Made by a program: the position numbers and the translations under genes. Positions 11,578-21,895 of a stretch of DNA of 64,000 nt are shown one piece after another. The notes below the pieces were generated by a model. That model searched no databases. It was not told where the DNA came from and was given only the letters and a program-made list of their open reading frames with translations. Positions within the stretch are counted from its first letter, which is position 1. The number at the start of each line of letters is the position of its first letter. The stretch comes from an uncultured Acidobacteriota bacterium. Lineage in GTDB: Bacteria; Acidobacteriota; UBA6911; RPQK01; JAPXNP01. The stretch spans positions 446,690-510,689 of the forward strand of contig CAVZRV010000029.1 in the NCBI GenBank assembly GCA_963777605.1. The letters run 5' to 3'.

Positions 11578-13851
11578 ATGCGCTCTGCCGTCAAGGGAAC
11601 GGTTGTCCAGATCCTGTTGCTCTCCGCGTTCGGCCTGGCTTCGGGTGAGAACGACTGCTACTTCAACAAGGCGGCGCAGGAGGTTAGCCTGGGGAATTCC
11701 CGGATTGAGATCCGGCTCGATCCGGCGAACGGGGTCGTGACCGGCCTTCTGAACAAGCGATCCGGCACCGAGTACCTGGGGCAGGGAAAGCCCGAGGTGT
11801 TCAGGTTGGTCTTTTCGACCGTCCGGTTTCATGGCGCCCAGGCGGATGACCTCTGGAGCGCGGTCTCCGGTACAGACGTGAAAAGCAGCCTTCAGCGTGT
11901 GGCCTCCATGAATTTCGAGAGAACGCCTGAAGGTGCCCGACTGACGGTGGATTACGACCGGTTGCGACTGGAGAAGCGGACCATCGACGTCGGCGTCCGG
12001 TACACCATCGAACTGCGGGACGGGGACGAAGAGACGCTCTGGCAACTCTCGCTCGATAACCGGGATCAGGGCATCGTCAGGGAGGTCCACTTTCCCCTCC
12101 TGAACGGGCTGACTCGGCTTGACTCCCTGATCATGCCGAACGAATCGGGCCAGAAGCTGACCGATCCGATCGATCGCACTCTCGGACGACATCCCGGTGG
12201 TGAGCCTGGAGTATCCCGGACGTGGATCGATGCAGTGGTTCGAGTACTTCTCCGCGAAGGCGGGACTCTACCTGGCGTCCTACGACCAGGCCCTGAACTA
12301 CACTCGGCTCTGCTTTGGAAGGACCGTCGAGACGGACCGGGATAGGCCGGGATGTGGATCGTTAAGTATCCCTTTGCGGCTTCGGGCGCATTCCTGGGAA
12401 TCTCCGCCGCTGGCCTTGGGAATTCATGCCGGAGACTGGCACTGGGGCGCGGATCGCTACCGGACTTGGCTGGAGAGCTGGGCACAGGAAGTCCCGAAGT
12501 GCCCCAAAAGGTCGTGGAAATGATCGGCGGACTCCGAGAGATCGGGATCATGACCCCGGCAGGCAAGGTCTCCAATCGGTACGAGGACATGGTTGCCCTG
12601 GCCAGGCAGGTCGAGGAAGCGCCGAACGGTGTCGCGTTCATGGCCTCCGGATGGCTGTTCGAGGGGCACGACACCTACTTCCCCGAGTATCTTCCCGATT
12701 CCCGATCTCGGCGGGGAGCAGGCCTCTGGTGGATGCCGTCGACAAGGTCCACGACCTCGGTGTCGGCGTGACGGCTTACGTGAACGGCCGGCTCTGCAAC
12801 ATCGAAACCGACACCTACAAGAAGCACGGCAAACGCTGGGCCGTGCTGGGAAAGGCGCCCGATCTGGGAGTCAACAACACCGATTTCTTTGAGCTTCACG
12901 AGAACTGGAACAAGTCCTGGGACAGGGCCGGGCGCGGAGAAGGGTGGTTTGCCGTGATGTGCCCTTCGGCCAAGGGGTGGCAGGACCACCTCGTCGGAGA
13001 GATCTCCCGGGTGATCGGCCAGTATCACTTCGACGGCGTTTTCCTCGATCAGCCGGGATCCTACTACGCCGAGCTCTGCTACAACGCCACGCACGGCCAC
13101 AGGCACTCCCGCTTCGGCGTGGGGGCCGGGCTACCTCGAACTCTTCCGGCGCTTGCGGGAGGAGATGCGCCGGCTTGACCCGGACTCGATCCTCTGGACC
13201 GAAGGGATGAACGACGCCTTTGGCCAGTACATGGACTATTACATGGACAAGAATCCGCTCTGGCTGCCGATGCGGATTCATCCGGACTGCGAGACGTTCG
13301 TGGAGATGTGGCGTTACACGCTGCCGAGCTACGTCATTGTGAACGATCCGGGTGCATACTCCTACCCGCCGTCGCAGGATCCCGTCTACGGGGAAAACTA
13401 CAAGTTTGTTCTGGGCATCCGCGGTCTCAGCCGAAGCCCGAGTCGCGGAATCGAACCGGAAAGCACTCCTGAGCCGGCCGGACAGGAACGGCGCAGGGCC
13501 GTGATCGAAAGGATCGAGCAGCTCTGGATCAAGGGGGGACAGTATCTCTTCCACGGACGGTTCCTGGACGACGTGGGCCTCTCGGTCTCGGACCCGGCAG
13601 TCCTGGCCAAGGTCTATCGCGGTGCCGAAGGAATCGCCGTCCCCGTCTGGAACACCAGCTCCCTTCCCGTGACGTTCGAGATTCAGATTGACCTGGATGC
13701 TGCCGGTGCACGATGGGACGGACCGGTCCGGGCCGTTTCGCTGGACGGAGACAGGGCATTGAAAAGCAATCGCGTGGGCCGGACCATAAAGGTTTCGCTC
13801 AGTCTGCCCCCTCATGGGATTGATCTCGTCGTCTTGAGGACCGGGCACTGA
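11578..13851 (+). CDS. secreted DUF6259-like glycoside-hydrolase-related protein, several frameshifts
   Basis: Continuous coding signal across ORFs 11500-12345, 12197-12523, 12352-12771, 12426-13178 and 13153-13851: YPGRGSMQW, HAGDWHWGADRYR, GHDTYFPEY, MCPSAKGWQD, FDGVFLDQ, WTEG. Confidence 0.65.
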
Positions 13852-14015
13852 ATCGCAGGCAAGATAGATCAGCCTGCAATTCCGGGACGATTGCGGTGCG
13901 GCCGTTCAATCGGCTGCCTGCGAGACTCTGGCTCTACCGGGAGCTTTCCAGCCGAGCAGGTTGATCCGGTCGTGGCGAGAGTGGGCGGAGCGTTCGATCT
14001 TCTCCTTTACTGCGT

Positions 14016-15099
14016 ATGATTCGATGGAACGAAGGCAGGGACCGATTTCCCACCTTCGAGATGATGATCGAAATCCCGGCGGTTTCGACTTGGCTGGTAT
14101 ATGTTTTGGGAACCTTGGGTCTTGCCGAAATCGGCAACCCCGGCAGGGAGTGCGACTGGATATGCGAGTTCTTGAGTTCGCTTCTGATCCTCGACTCGGA
14201 AGGGAAGGAGATTGACCGACTGACGGGCGGACATGACACCGATCAGCTGATCGAGAGCCTGGGACGAGTCTTCGAGAGTCCCATCCCGCGCAAAGAACTG
14301 AACAAATTGGCCGAACAGCGGCTCGACGACTTCGAGATCCAGCGGTTGGCGGGAATTCGCGCGATGGATCGTGACGAGTTCGAACCTGCCGTTCGATTTC
14401 TGGAGAGAGCCGTCCTCCTCTCCGATGCCGGAGCGGTGGAGACTCAAGTGGAACGAGCTGAGGTCGGAGGACCCGGACCTGGAAGACGCGAGTCTCGGCT
14501 ATCTTCGCCAGGTTCATCTCGATGGACAGCTCGATGCTTTCGTCTGCCTGGAACTCTATACCGAGGAGTATCGCAACAGTTTTGAACGCTGGAAGAAAGA
14601 CAATCGCGAAAAGGCGATTCGCTACCTGGAAGACCAGGTTCTGGGTCAAAACCAGGTTTCGATGCCCGGCGGATACAACGCGTCAGCTGTCCAAGCCTAC
14701 CGTGACGGAGCCGCCATCCATGACAGCAACCCGGCCCAGGCCGCGCTTCTCTACGAGAAAGCGTTGAAGCAGGAACCCTACATGCTGCCGGCGCTGGAGG
14801 CCGCAAGCTATCTCTACATGAACCTGGAACGGTATGCGGACGCTCGGGAAACGGCCGGGCGCTGGCTCGAGTTGGCGCCTGACTCGCCGCGTCCTCTCGA
14901 CGTCCTCGCGATTGCTTTTATCAAAGAAGGCGAATTTCGGAAAGCTCTCCCGGTCCTGGAGCGTGCCATCGAGCTCGAACAGGATCCGGCGCAGCGGGAG
15001 CGGCTGGAAACAATCTCGAGTACTGCCGCTATCAAATCGATCGAGAGTAGTCGATGCCTCAGGGGTTGCATTTCCCAGCGGACCAGCCGAGTCCGCTAA
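14016..15099 (+). pseudogene. degraded/frameshifted thioredoxin-like + TPR protein
   Basis: LLILDSEGKEIDRLTG (thioredoxin-like C-part) in one frame and TPR helices (ALLYEKALKQEP, KALPVLERAIELE) in the next. Confidence 0.5.
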
Positions 15100-15328
15100 A
15101 CGTCGGGCGGGTCGATGGACGCCCGGCAACCCGGATCAGTGTCTGCCCGCTTCCCCAGGTCTGGCTCCAATTCATATTCGGGGCGAAGGCCAGAAAATAC
15201 GGAATTGGAACCGAACTGCGGTTTTGATCTCCCGGAGTTCCGGATGGCGTCGAACAAATCGCCCGAGCGGATCATTGAATCTCCGGCCGCTGGCCGCCAC
15301 GACGATCTGTTGGCAGCCAAGCTCGAGG

Positions 15329-15529
15329 TCACCGCAGCACGAATTCCGAGGGAGCCAGCGTCCGTCCGGTGAAGCTGAAGGCCCGAACCGAGCCTTTGAA
15401 CCAGAAGCCGCGGTTGATCCGGCAGCCCACGGAAGTCCGGCCGCCCGTCATGGGGCGAAATTCCACCTTGCCTTCCATCTCCAGGACGCCGTTGACGTAG
15501 TGGCGCATCCAGCCACCGTCGTAGGTCTG
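15329..15529 (-). pseudogene. C-terminal fragment of a LamG/concanavalin-like domain protein
   Basis: Manual translation gives QTYDGGWMRHYVNGVLEMEGKVEFRPMTGGRTSVGCRINRGFWFKGSVRAFSFTGRTLAPSEFVLR*. There is no start codon; the 5' end is replaced by a repeat unit. Confidence 0.7.
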
Positions 15530-16136
15530 AAAGGTCCAGTGCCGCCGGGGGCCGGACTAACCTGAAACTTCATTTTGGATGAGTTGGAAATCCTGGATGA
15601 TTTGGACGCGTCTGGACGGAGATTCGGGCGATCGGTCGAGAGCCAGGGGCGCGATTATCGGCTGGAACCTGGTTCCTGGTCCGGTGCCAGACGTGGATGA
15701 GTGATGATCACGGGATCGGCGCCGGGCTGGCCCCTGAAGGGGGCCTGTTTCCAGCCCAGGCATTTGCCTGGGTTTACGGTTCCCCCAGCAAGAATCCAGC
15801 CCTGAAAGGGCTGAACAGCTCTCCGGACGTGAAGAATCGGCGCGACCTTACAGGCCGCGATCGCCTTGCCGGGACCACAGACCCAGGGTAAATCCTGGGC
15901 TGAAACCAAGGCGTCTTCAGCGCCCGGTCCAGTTTCACTCTCTGAATGATCCGCGGAGGGCGCGGGGGCGGGGCTGACCTGAAACTTCACCTGAAGCTTG
16001 GACCCTGGGTCCATTTGAAACGTGGAATGGCACGGACACAGAGCCGGGGGTAAGGCGAAGCCGCGCCCCCGGGTTCGCGGACCCAGTTTCACCTCTTTGA
16101 ATGGTCCGGCGGCGCCGGGGGCCCGGCTAACCTGAA
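15526..16136 (+). repeat. composite repeat element, copy 1: three ~61-bp units (15526-15573 partial, 15929-15989, 16083-16136) bracketing REP-like palindromes
   Basis: Unit sequence ccagtttcactctctgaatgatccgcggagggcgcgggggcggggctgacctgaaacttca. A palindromic REPIN-like block lies at 15729-15924. Confidence 0.8.
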
Positions 16137-16249
16137 TCATGGTCCCGGGGGGGGTAGGGAGAGTTCGCCGCTTGTCTTCGTTGACCGTCAAAGCCTGTCC
16201 TTCGCTTGCATCATGGTCGTTCCTAACTTATAGATTCCGATTGACCTGA

Positions 16250-17158
16250 ATGTTTCCCGAAATATCGCTGGATCAAGCGAGAACCAGACTGAGCGATCAC
16301 CATTTCTTCGATATCCAAAGCAGGGAACTGAATCCTACCGGGTTCGGAGTCTCGATCCAGGAAGCGCGGACCATCGTCTCTTTCATTTCCTTGAGCGGGG
16401 CAGTGTATAGTTGCACCAATGCCTCCCCGGACCTGCCAAAGGAGCGTCTCAGGCTGATCCAAATGACCATGCCATCGTCGCCGATTGTTCCGATTGATCT
16501 GTTCAGCAGAGGAAGTGACTGCTGGCGGACCTTTGAAAAGAAGGCACCCGATGGCTACGATATCAATCACTATCCCAGCATCCTCGACCTAAAGGTCAAT
16601 GCGAATTCTGGAATTTACGATGTGGTGGCGATGACCAACTGGTCCCGCGAGAGAGCAGTCCGCAGACTCTCTTTTTCCGAGAAGCTTGGCTTGGACGACG
16701 ATCAGCGCTTCGTTGTTTTTGACTTCTGGAAGCAAAGACTCGTCGGCACATTTGACCGGGAGATGATCGTCGAGATCGAACCCCACGACACTCGGGTCTT
16801 CTTCATCCGGCGGCTTCTGGATCGGCCGCAACTGATAGGAACCTCTCGCCACATCACGGGTGCAGTTTCGATTCGAAACCTCTCTTGGGACAACAGCGCC
16901 TCGACTTTGAGAGGGGTATCCCGGACGGTGCCAGATTCTGAGTACAGCTTTTGGATCCATGTTCCCGATGGCATCAGTCTCAAGGGATTGAGTGCGCGTG
17001 ATGATAGGGTCCACCTGGAAAGCAAGATCAAGGGTGAGTCTTTGGAGGTTCGATTTTCCGGGCAAGAAGAACCAGTTCAGTGGAGCGCCGAATTCTCACC
17101 GAAGACGTTGGGTAGTCAGATCAATCGGGACGCCGAATCGCTGGATCTTCAACATTGA
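16250..17158 (+). pseudogene. C-terminal part of an alpha-galactosidase-like glycoside hydrolase (N-terminus missing)
   Basis: Motifs YDVVAMTNW, FVVFDFWKQR, EPHDTRVFFIR and RPQLIGTSRHITG resemble the C-terminal beta-domains; no catalytic barrel or signal peptide. Confidence 0.55.
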
Positions 17159-17239
17159 CAGAGTTGTCAAGAAACCGGTTCGTTGCGGTTGGAAATTTGT
17201 CCGCAGCAAGCTGACTTTCGAGCCAACCTGGAAGCTTCC

Positions 17240-18271
17240 TCAAATCACACCGTGGAGTTCACGGCCGATTCGGCCGTCGAACGCCCTGGTGGTCTTGAAC
17301 GGCTCGTACTCGCCCGTCAGTGCCGCGTCGTGAGCCTGCGACAGAATCATCTCTTTCTCTTCCTGGGAGAGCCGTTCGAACTCCACCGCCGTCTGAATGT
17401 TGGCATGAAGGTAATCGGGAGTGTCCATTCCCGAGATCAATGTTGTGACCGGCAGGTTGTACACGTAGCGGTGCGCTTGTCGAGGTGAGACGACGTTCGC
17501 TCTCTGGAGGTGACCACTACAGAGCCCCTTCATTGCCAGGACGGCGATGCCCCGTTCAACACAGATCGGAAGGATCTCCTTTTCGAAACTCCGCTCATAT
17601 TGGGCATCAAGCACGTTCAACGGCATCTGCACCGCGTCCCACTCGTAACCCTGATCGAGCATCTTCTTGTGAATCCTGGGATCCTTGTGACCCGTGAATC
17701 CAATGTAGCGAACCTTTCCTTCCTTCTTCGCCTGTGCCGCGGCCTCGATCCCACCGCCTGGCGCGAAGATCATCTCGGGGTCCCTGTCGTAGATGACCTC
17801 GTGGAACTGCCAAAGATCGATAACATCGGTTCGCAGCCGCTTCAGGCTATCTTCAAGATGGCGCATGGCGGTCTGTTTGTCGCGTCCGTGATGCTTCGTC
17901 ATGAGAAACGCCCTCGCGCGATAACCATCTTGAAGAGCTTTTCCCATGACCTCTTCCGCCCGTCCCTGGTGATACTCCCAGGCATTATCGAGAAATGTGA
18001 CGCCGGCATCGATCGCCTCTCGCACGAGTCTGATCCCGTCCTGCTCGTCGGAAGGAACGGCAATATGGTATCCCCCCAAACCCAACATCGAGACTTCTTC
18101 ACCCGATCTCCCGAACGGACGCATGGGGACTGGCGAATCGAGTCGGGACGTCCCTGGACCGCTAGTCGAAGCGGCCGGCTGCGTGGAGCAGGAACCGAAG
18201 GCAGTTCCCAGAGTTCCGAGTGCGGAAAGCCGAACAAAGTCCCGGCGGTTGGTCTTCAGTTTCTCAATCAT
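17240..18271 (-). CDS. aldo/keto reductase with Tat signal
   Basis: NRRDFV Tat motif; motifs LGLGGYHI, FLDNAWEYH, DLWQFHE and YIGFTGHKDP. Confidence 0.9.
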   Translation of the reverse strand: MIEKLKTNRRDFVRLSALGTLGTAFGSCSTQPAASTSGPGTSRLDSPVPMRPFGRSGEEVSMLGLGGYHIAVPSDEQDGIRLVREAIDAGVTFLDNAWEYHQGRAEEVMGKALQDGYRARAFLMTKHHGRDKQTAMRHLEDSLKRLRTDVIDLWQFHEVIYDRDPEMIFAPGGGIEAAAQAKKEGKVRYIGFTGHKDPRIHKKMLDQGYEWDAVQMPLNVLDAQYERSFEKEILPICVERGIAVLAMKGLCSGHLQRANVVSPRQAHRYVYNLPVTTLISGMDTPDYLHANIQTAVEFERLSQEEKEMILSQAHDAALTGEYEPFKTTRAFDGRIGRELHGVI

Positions 18272-18495
18272 CACACGCTCCTGGTTAGAGGCGGGTTGGT
18301 CTGATAAGGAAATTACCTTGATACTAGAGCCCGCTGTGAATTCGGTCAAGCGACGCGGGGTAGACTGACTCTCCAGAGGGGGAGATGACACGCTTCGGAT
18401 CCAATCGTGCCCGGTTGAGGAGGTGACCGATGTATTGCCGACGTTTCGCTTTGCGGTTGGCCGTTTAATCCGGACTGGTTTCGCCGCAGCGCAAT

Positions 18496-19770
18496 TCAAT
18501 GGGGCGGTTCCGGGGCCTCCTCGGATACGCAGCCATCGACGCACGGGTGGATCGTCCAGCGATTGGGGGCAGCAGCCTGGGATTTCTTTACCTCCGGAGA
18601 GAACCGCTCATGAACTGCGTCGCACCAGAGGCGCCTCAAAAATTCGCAGCGTTTGCGAAACTTCTCGCTCGCCAGGCCTTTGCGAATGTCTTCCGGTTCC
18701 AGCCCTTTGAGTCCCGGGGGAAGACCGGGCGGGTTATTGTCTCCCGGAGGTGTCCCCTCGAATTTCGGGTCCCACTCAAGATACCCATCGGCCTCGTCGC
18801 CGAGCTTCATGACTGCCATCAGGGGGTGGATCTCATGCCAGCCCTCGTGAAATCCGTCGTACACATGTTCTCCGAAGGCAACGACCCGATCACCTTTGCG
18901 AATCGGGCCGAGGTCGTGGTCACCGACGTTGGCGTCTTCGACGTCGCCCGGGTCGGCGTCATAGATTCCGAGAAGGATCAGGTAGAGTGCTCCCGCGCCG
19001 AGCGCGGCTACTGCGCCGCCCGCCAGGAGCGCACCGATGATCGCGCCGATGATGGCACCGATCAGGCATCCGATCGGCCCGAAAATCCCACCGATCGCAC
19101 AACCCAGCGCTGCCCCCGCGGCCCCGCCGGCAATAGCGGCGGCCGTTGCCGCAGCTGCCAGCAATCCCACCAGGATCGCCAGGAGGGCGGCATAATCTTT
19201 CATTCGAACCCAGAAATCGCCCTCGGCTTCGCAATGGATCGTCCAGTGGCTGGTGTCGTAAGGGAGGTCGAGTGTCGGGTGGAGTAGTTCCTGCCCCTGA
19301 TAATCGTCCAGGTAGACGTCGTTGGCGGGGTTGGCCTCAGTCAGGTGATCCGGATCGATCGTCTGACCCGGTTGGGGAGGGTTCTGGTTGTAGCCGATGT
19401 TGGGTCCGTCGTACTTGTCGAACTCACGGTGGGGCATGAGGCGGAGGTCAAAGAACTCGTCGTTGTCAAAGGCCCCCAGGCCGCTGTCGTGGGGATTCTC
19501 CCGAACGACGCCGACGGCACATCGAATCCCCGACACGCAGACCAGTCGATGGTACAACCACTCGTTGGCAACTGCGATGATCGTATTGAGGAACGCGATT
19601 GCGGCACCGATGGCCACTCCGACAAGTGGCGCAGAAAACAGGGCGGCGATAATGCCGGCAATGATCCCGGGAACGCTCGAGCCTATTCCAAAGGCGAGTA
19701 GATCTTTGATATTGAAGGGCTTGTCCCCTGGAGTGTGTTGGTAGCACTGGGTGTATTTCCTGAATGCCAT
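18496..19770 (-). CDS. hypothetical membrane protein with long glycine-zipper hairpin and His-rich C-terminal motif
   Basis: 424-aa ORF with good RBS (aggagggg); two hydrophobic blocks; motifs HCEAEG and GEHVYDGFHEGWHEIHP. Confidence 0.8.
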   Translation of the reverse strand: MAFRKYTQCYQHTPGDKPFNIKDLLAFGIGSSVPGIIAGIIAALFSAPLVGVAIGAAIAFLNTIIAVANEWLYHRLVCVSGIRCAVGVVRENPHDSGLGAFDNDEFFDLRLMPHREFDKYDGPNIGYNQNPPQPGQTIDPDHLTEANPANDVYLDDYQGQELLHPTLDLPYDTSHWTIHCEAEGDFWVRMKDYAALLAILVGLLAAAATAAAIAGGAAGAALGCAIGGIFGPIGCLIGAIIGAIIGALLAGGAVAALGAGALYLILLGIYDADPGDVEDANVGDHDLGPIRKGDRVVAFGEHVYDGFHEGWHEIHPLMAVMKLGDEADGYLEWDPKFEGTPPGDNNPPGLPPGLKGLEPEDIRKGLASEKFRKRCEFLRRLWCDAVHERFSPEVKKSQAAAPNRWTIHPCVDGCVSEEAPEPPH

Positions 19771-19779
19771 CGTCCCCTC

Positions 19780-20848
19780 CTACGCTCTTTCTACAGTCAA
19801 GGTCACGCCGCCCTGGAGCACCCGGTTGCCGTTCCCGTCGGTTGCGAAGGCGTGGACATTGAACGACTGCGCGCCGCTGACGGCGGAATCCATCGGTTCG
19901 ATCCGAGCTTTGACATCGACCTCCGTGCCGGAGTCGAGGACAAAGGACTGAGGTTCGAGGTCCACCATCCAGGCGGCTGTTATCGGGAAGAGTCCATAGC
20001 GCTGTTCGGCCAGGGCCCGCTTCCACCGGGCGCGGCTTTCGGAGAGGCGGCCGGGGACCGTTGTTCCACGGCGCCGGGCTTTTTCGCCGTCAACTCGAGG
20101 AGGAGGCTCATCTTCCGGACCGCAAAGCCGGGGGACAGGGAGGTGGTACATATCAGCCTCCAGCTCGAACAATCGCCTGCTGCCGGCGTCGTTGCGAACC
20201 TTGAAGGTGAAGAATGCGGGGGAATGAGCGGTGCCGACGTCCGTATTCTCCTGGCCCAGGTTGTTATCCGGGTTGGCATCGTCAGCCCAATCGAGCCGGG
20301 CCTGGAGGCAGTAATGGCCCGCCACTGAGGGTGTCCTCCAGTGGAAATGTCGCCACTGCCGGGTGCTGACTCGAACCTTTGACACCCAGATTCACGTAGT
20401 CAATCCCGACCACGGTCGAAGCGGCACCGACCCCGAAACTCATATAGGACAGGTGCACCGGGAGCCCAATCGCCGGTGCGTCATAGGACCCGTTCCAGAC
20501 GGTAACCTGAACCTCGTAGAGGGTGTCGGTTTCCAGGTTGTGGGAGTTTACGGGGACTCCTCCCTTGAAGAGTTGAATATCCGGGTTGTCCCAGGTCACC
20601 GACAAACCCTGCTTCATTAGATACTGCTGAGAGTAAATCAGCGGATCCGCGCGCTTGTAGGAGGTGTTCGGCAGGCGGATACAGCAATCGGTCGAACGAG
20701 GCGGCGTCTTTCTGCGACGGCAGTCGCGAAGGCGCCGGAACAGGCCCCAGAGCAGGTCGCAGATTGCGGGCCCGAGCCCGCGTAAAGCTCGCAGGAGATC
20801 TCTGAAGCTCAGGACTCCACCCTTGATGCCCCGGATCAATAGACTCAC
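19780..20848 (-). CDS. hypothetical Ig-like (CARDB-like) protein, one frameshift near 20340
   Basis: ORFs 20282-20848 and 19780-20385 join: TWDNPDIQL...VTVWNGS...WRTPSVAGHYCLQARLDWADDANPDNNLGQEN. Confidence 0.7.
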
Positions 20849-20910
20849 GGGATCCTCCTTCCGCCGAAGGTTCGGGCTCGAACCTTTAAAAGCGTTGCTG
20901 GTCGAGGAGC

Positions 20911-21081
20911 TTATCGATGCGGATCTTCAGGACCGCCCGAGTGCACCGAGAAGGCTCCAGAGTGAAGATGCCGGGCAAAGATTAGAAGCGCGAGGACCAG
21001 TGGGACTGCGAGCAGAATCAATTCGAGCGACCCGCTTCCGCCATCTGGACTCACGCCAAAAAACTCTTCAATGAAATGCAT
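20911..21081 (-). CDS. small single-TM hypothetical protein
   Basis: MHFIEEFFGVSPDGGSGSLE followed by a hydrophobic helix; RBS aggaga. Confidence 0.55.
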   Translation of the reverse strand: MHFIEEFFGVSPDGGSGSLELILLAVPLVLALLIFARHLHSGAFSVHSGGPEDPHR

Positions 21082-21499
21082 ACAGTTCTCTCCTTTACAG
21101 GTTAATGTTGGACGATCAGGTGGACAATTGGACCGGGCATACACGTACCCTCCTTGCCCTGCTCTGGGAGTCCTCCCCATCCATCCCGCACAGAGACGAA
21201 TAGAAACGAAGGTTATTTAAGGCGGTCAGACCTGAGTTGCCCCCACTGTAGTTGAGCATGAATTCTGAAGTCAATAAAAAAATCCTATTGATTGAGCGAT
21301 TAATTCCGGTGGCCTCATCGGTTGAGAGTGGCCTTGGCTTATTCAGGTCCCCTGTCAGGGCCCGTCATCTTGCATGAGCGGGACTTCGAAATTTCCGAAC
21401 GCAAGCCTGCGGAAAGGCTTCCGGCCTTGGTGGGTTGGCTGTAACTATTTGAATGCAAAGGTTATGTGTGAGACCATGTGAGGTACGGGGCTCTTCTGA

Positions 21500-21895
21500 A
21501 GCTGTATCGCGGTCCATCACCGAGGTCTTGACGGAGCCGCGGTGGAGCATGTCGAGCAGTCGGTATCACGGATCTTTTCGGCTGTCGGTGCGGGACTCGA
21601 TCTCGAGCTCAAGCGCTTTGACGGCGGGCTCGAGTTCCAGATCCCCGGAGCATCCAAGGGAGTAGTCATCCGGCGATTGCTCGACGAGGCGGAAAACAGC
21701 GGCGGAATGACGGCGTATCTGGGGGACGACTTGACCGACGAGGATGCCTTCGAGGAACTGGAGGGGCAGGGCCTGCGCGTGTTGGTCCGTCCAGAATACC
21801 GAAAGACCCGGGCCGATGTTTGGTTGACGCCCCCAGCGGAGCTGCTCGCTTTCCTGGAGCGGTGGAGGAATACCGTGGGAGGGAGTCGAGTGTGA
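21500..21895 (+). pseudogene. otsB: trehalose-6-phosphate phosphatase, C-terminal half only
   Basis: Motifs AVHHRG, SKGVVI and YLGDDLTDEDAF; the N-terminal DxDGT motif is absent; GTGA overlap with otsA. Confidence 0.75.

Noticed and set aside
15526-16136. CRISPR array interpretation of the 61-bp repeats
   Set aside because: The repeats are too long and degenerate, the spacers are ~95-430 nt and palindromic, there are only three units per cluster, and there are no cas genes.
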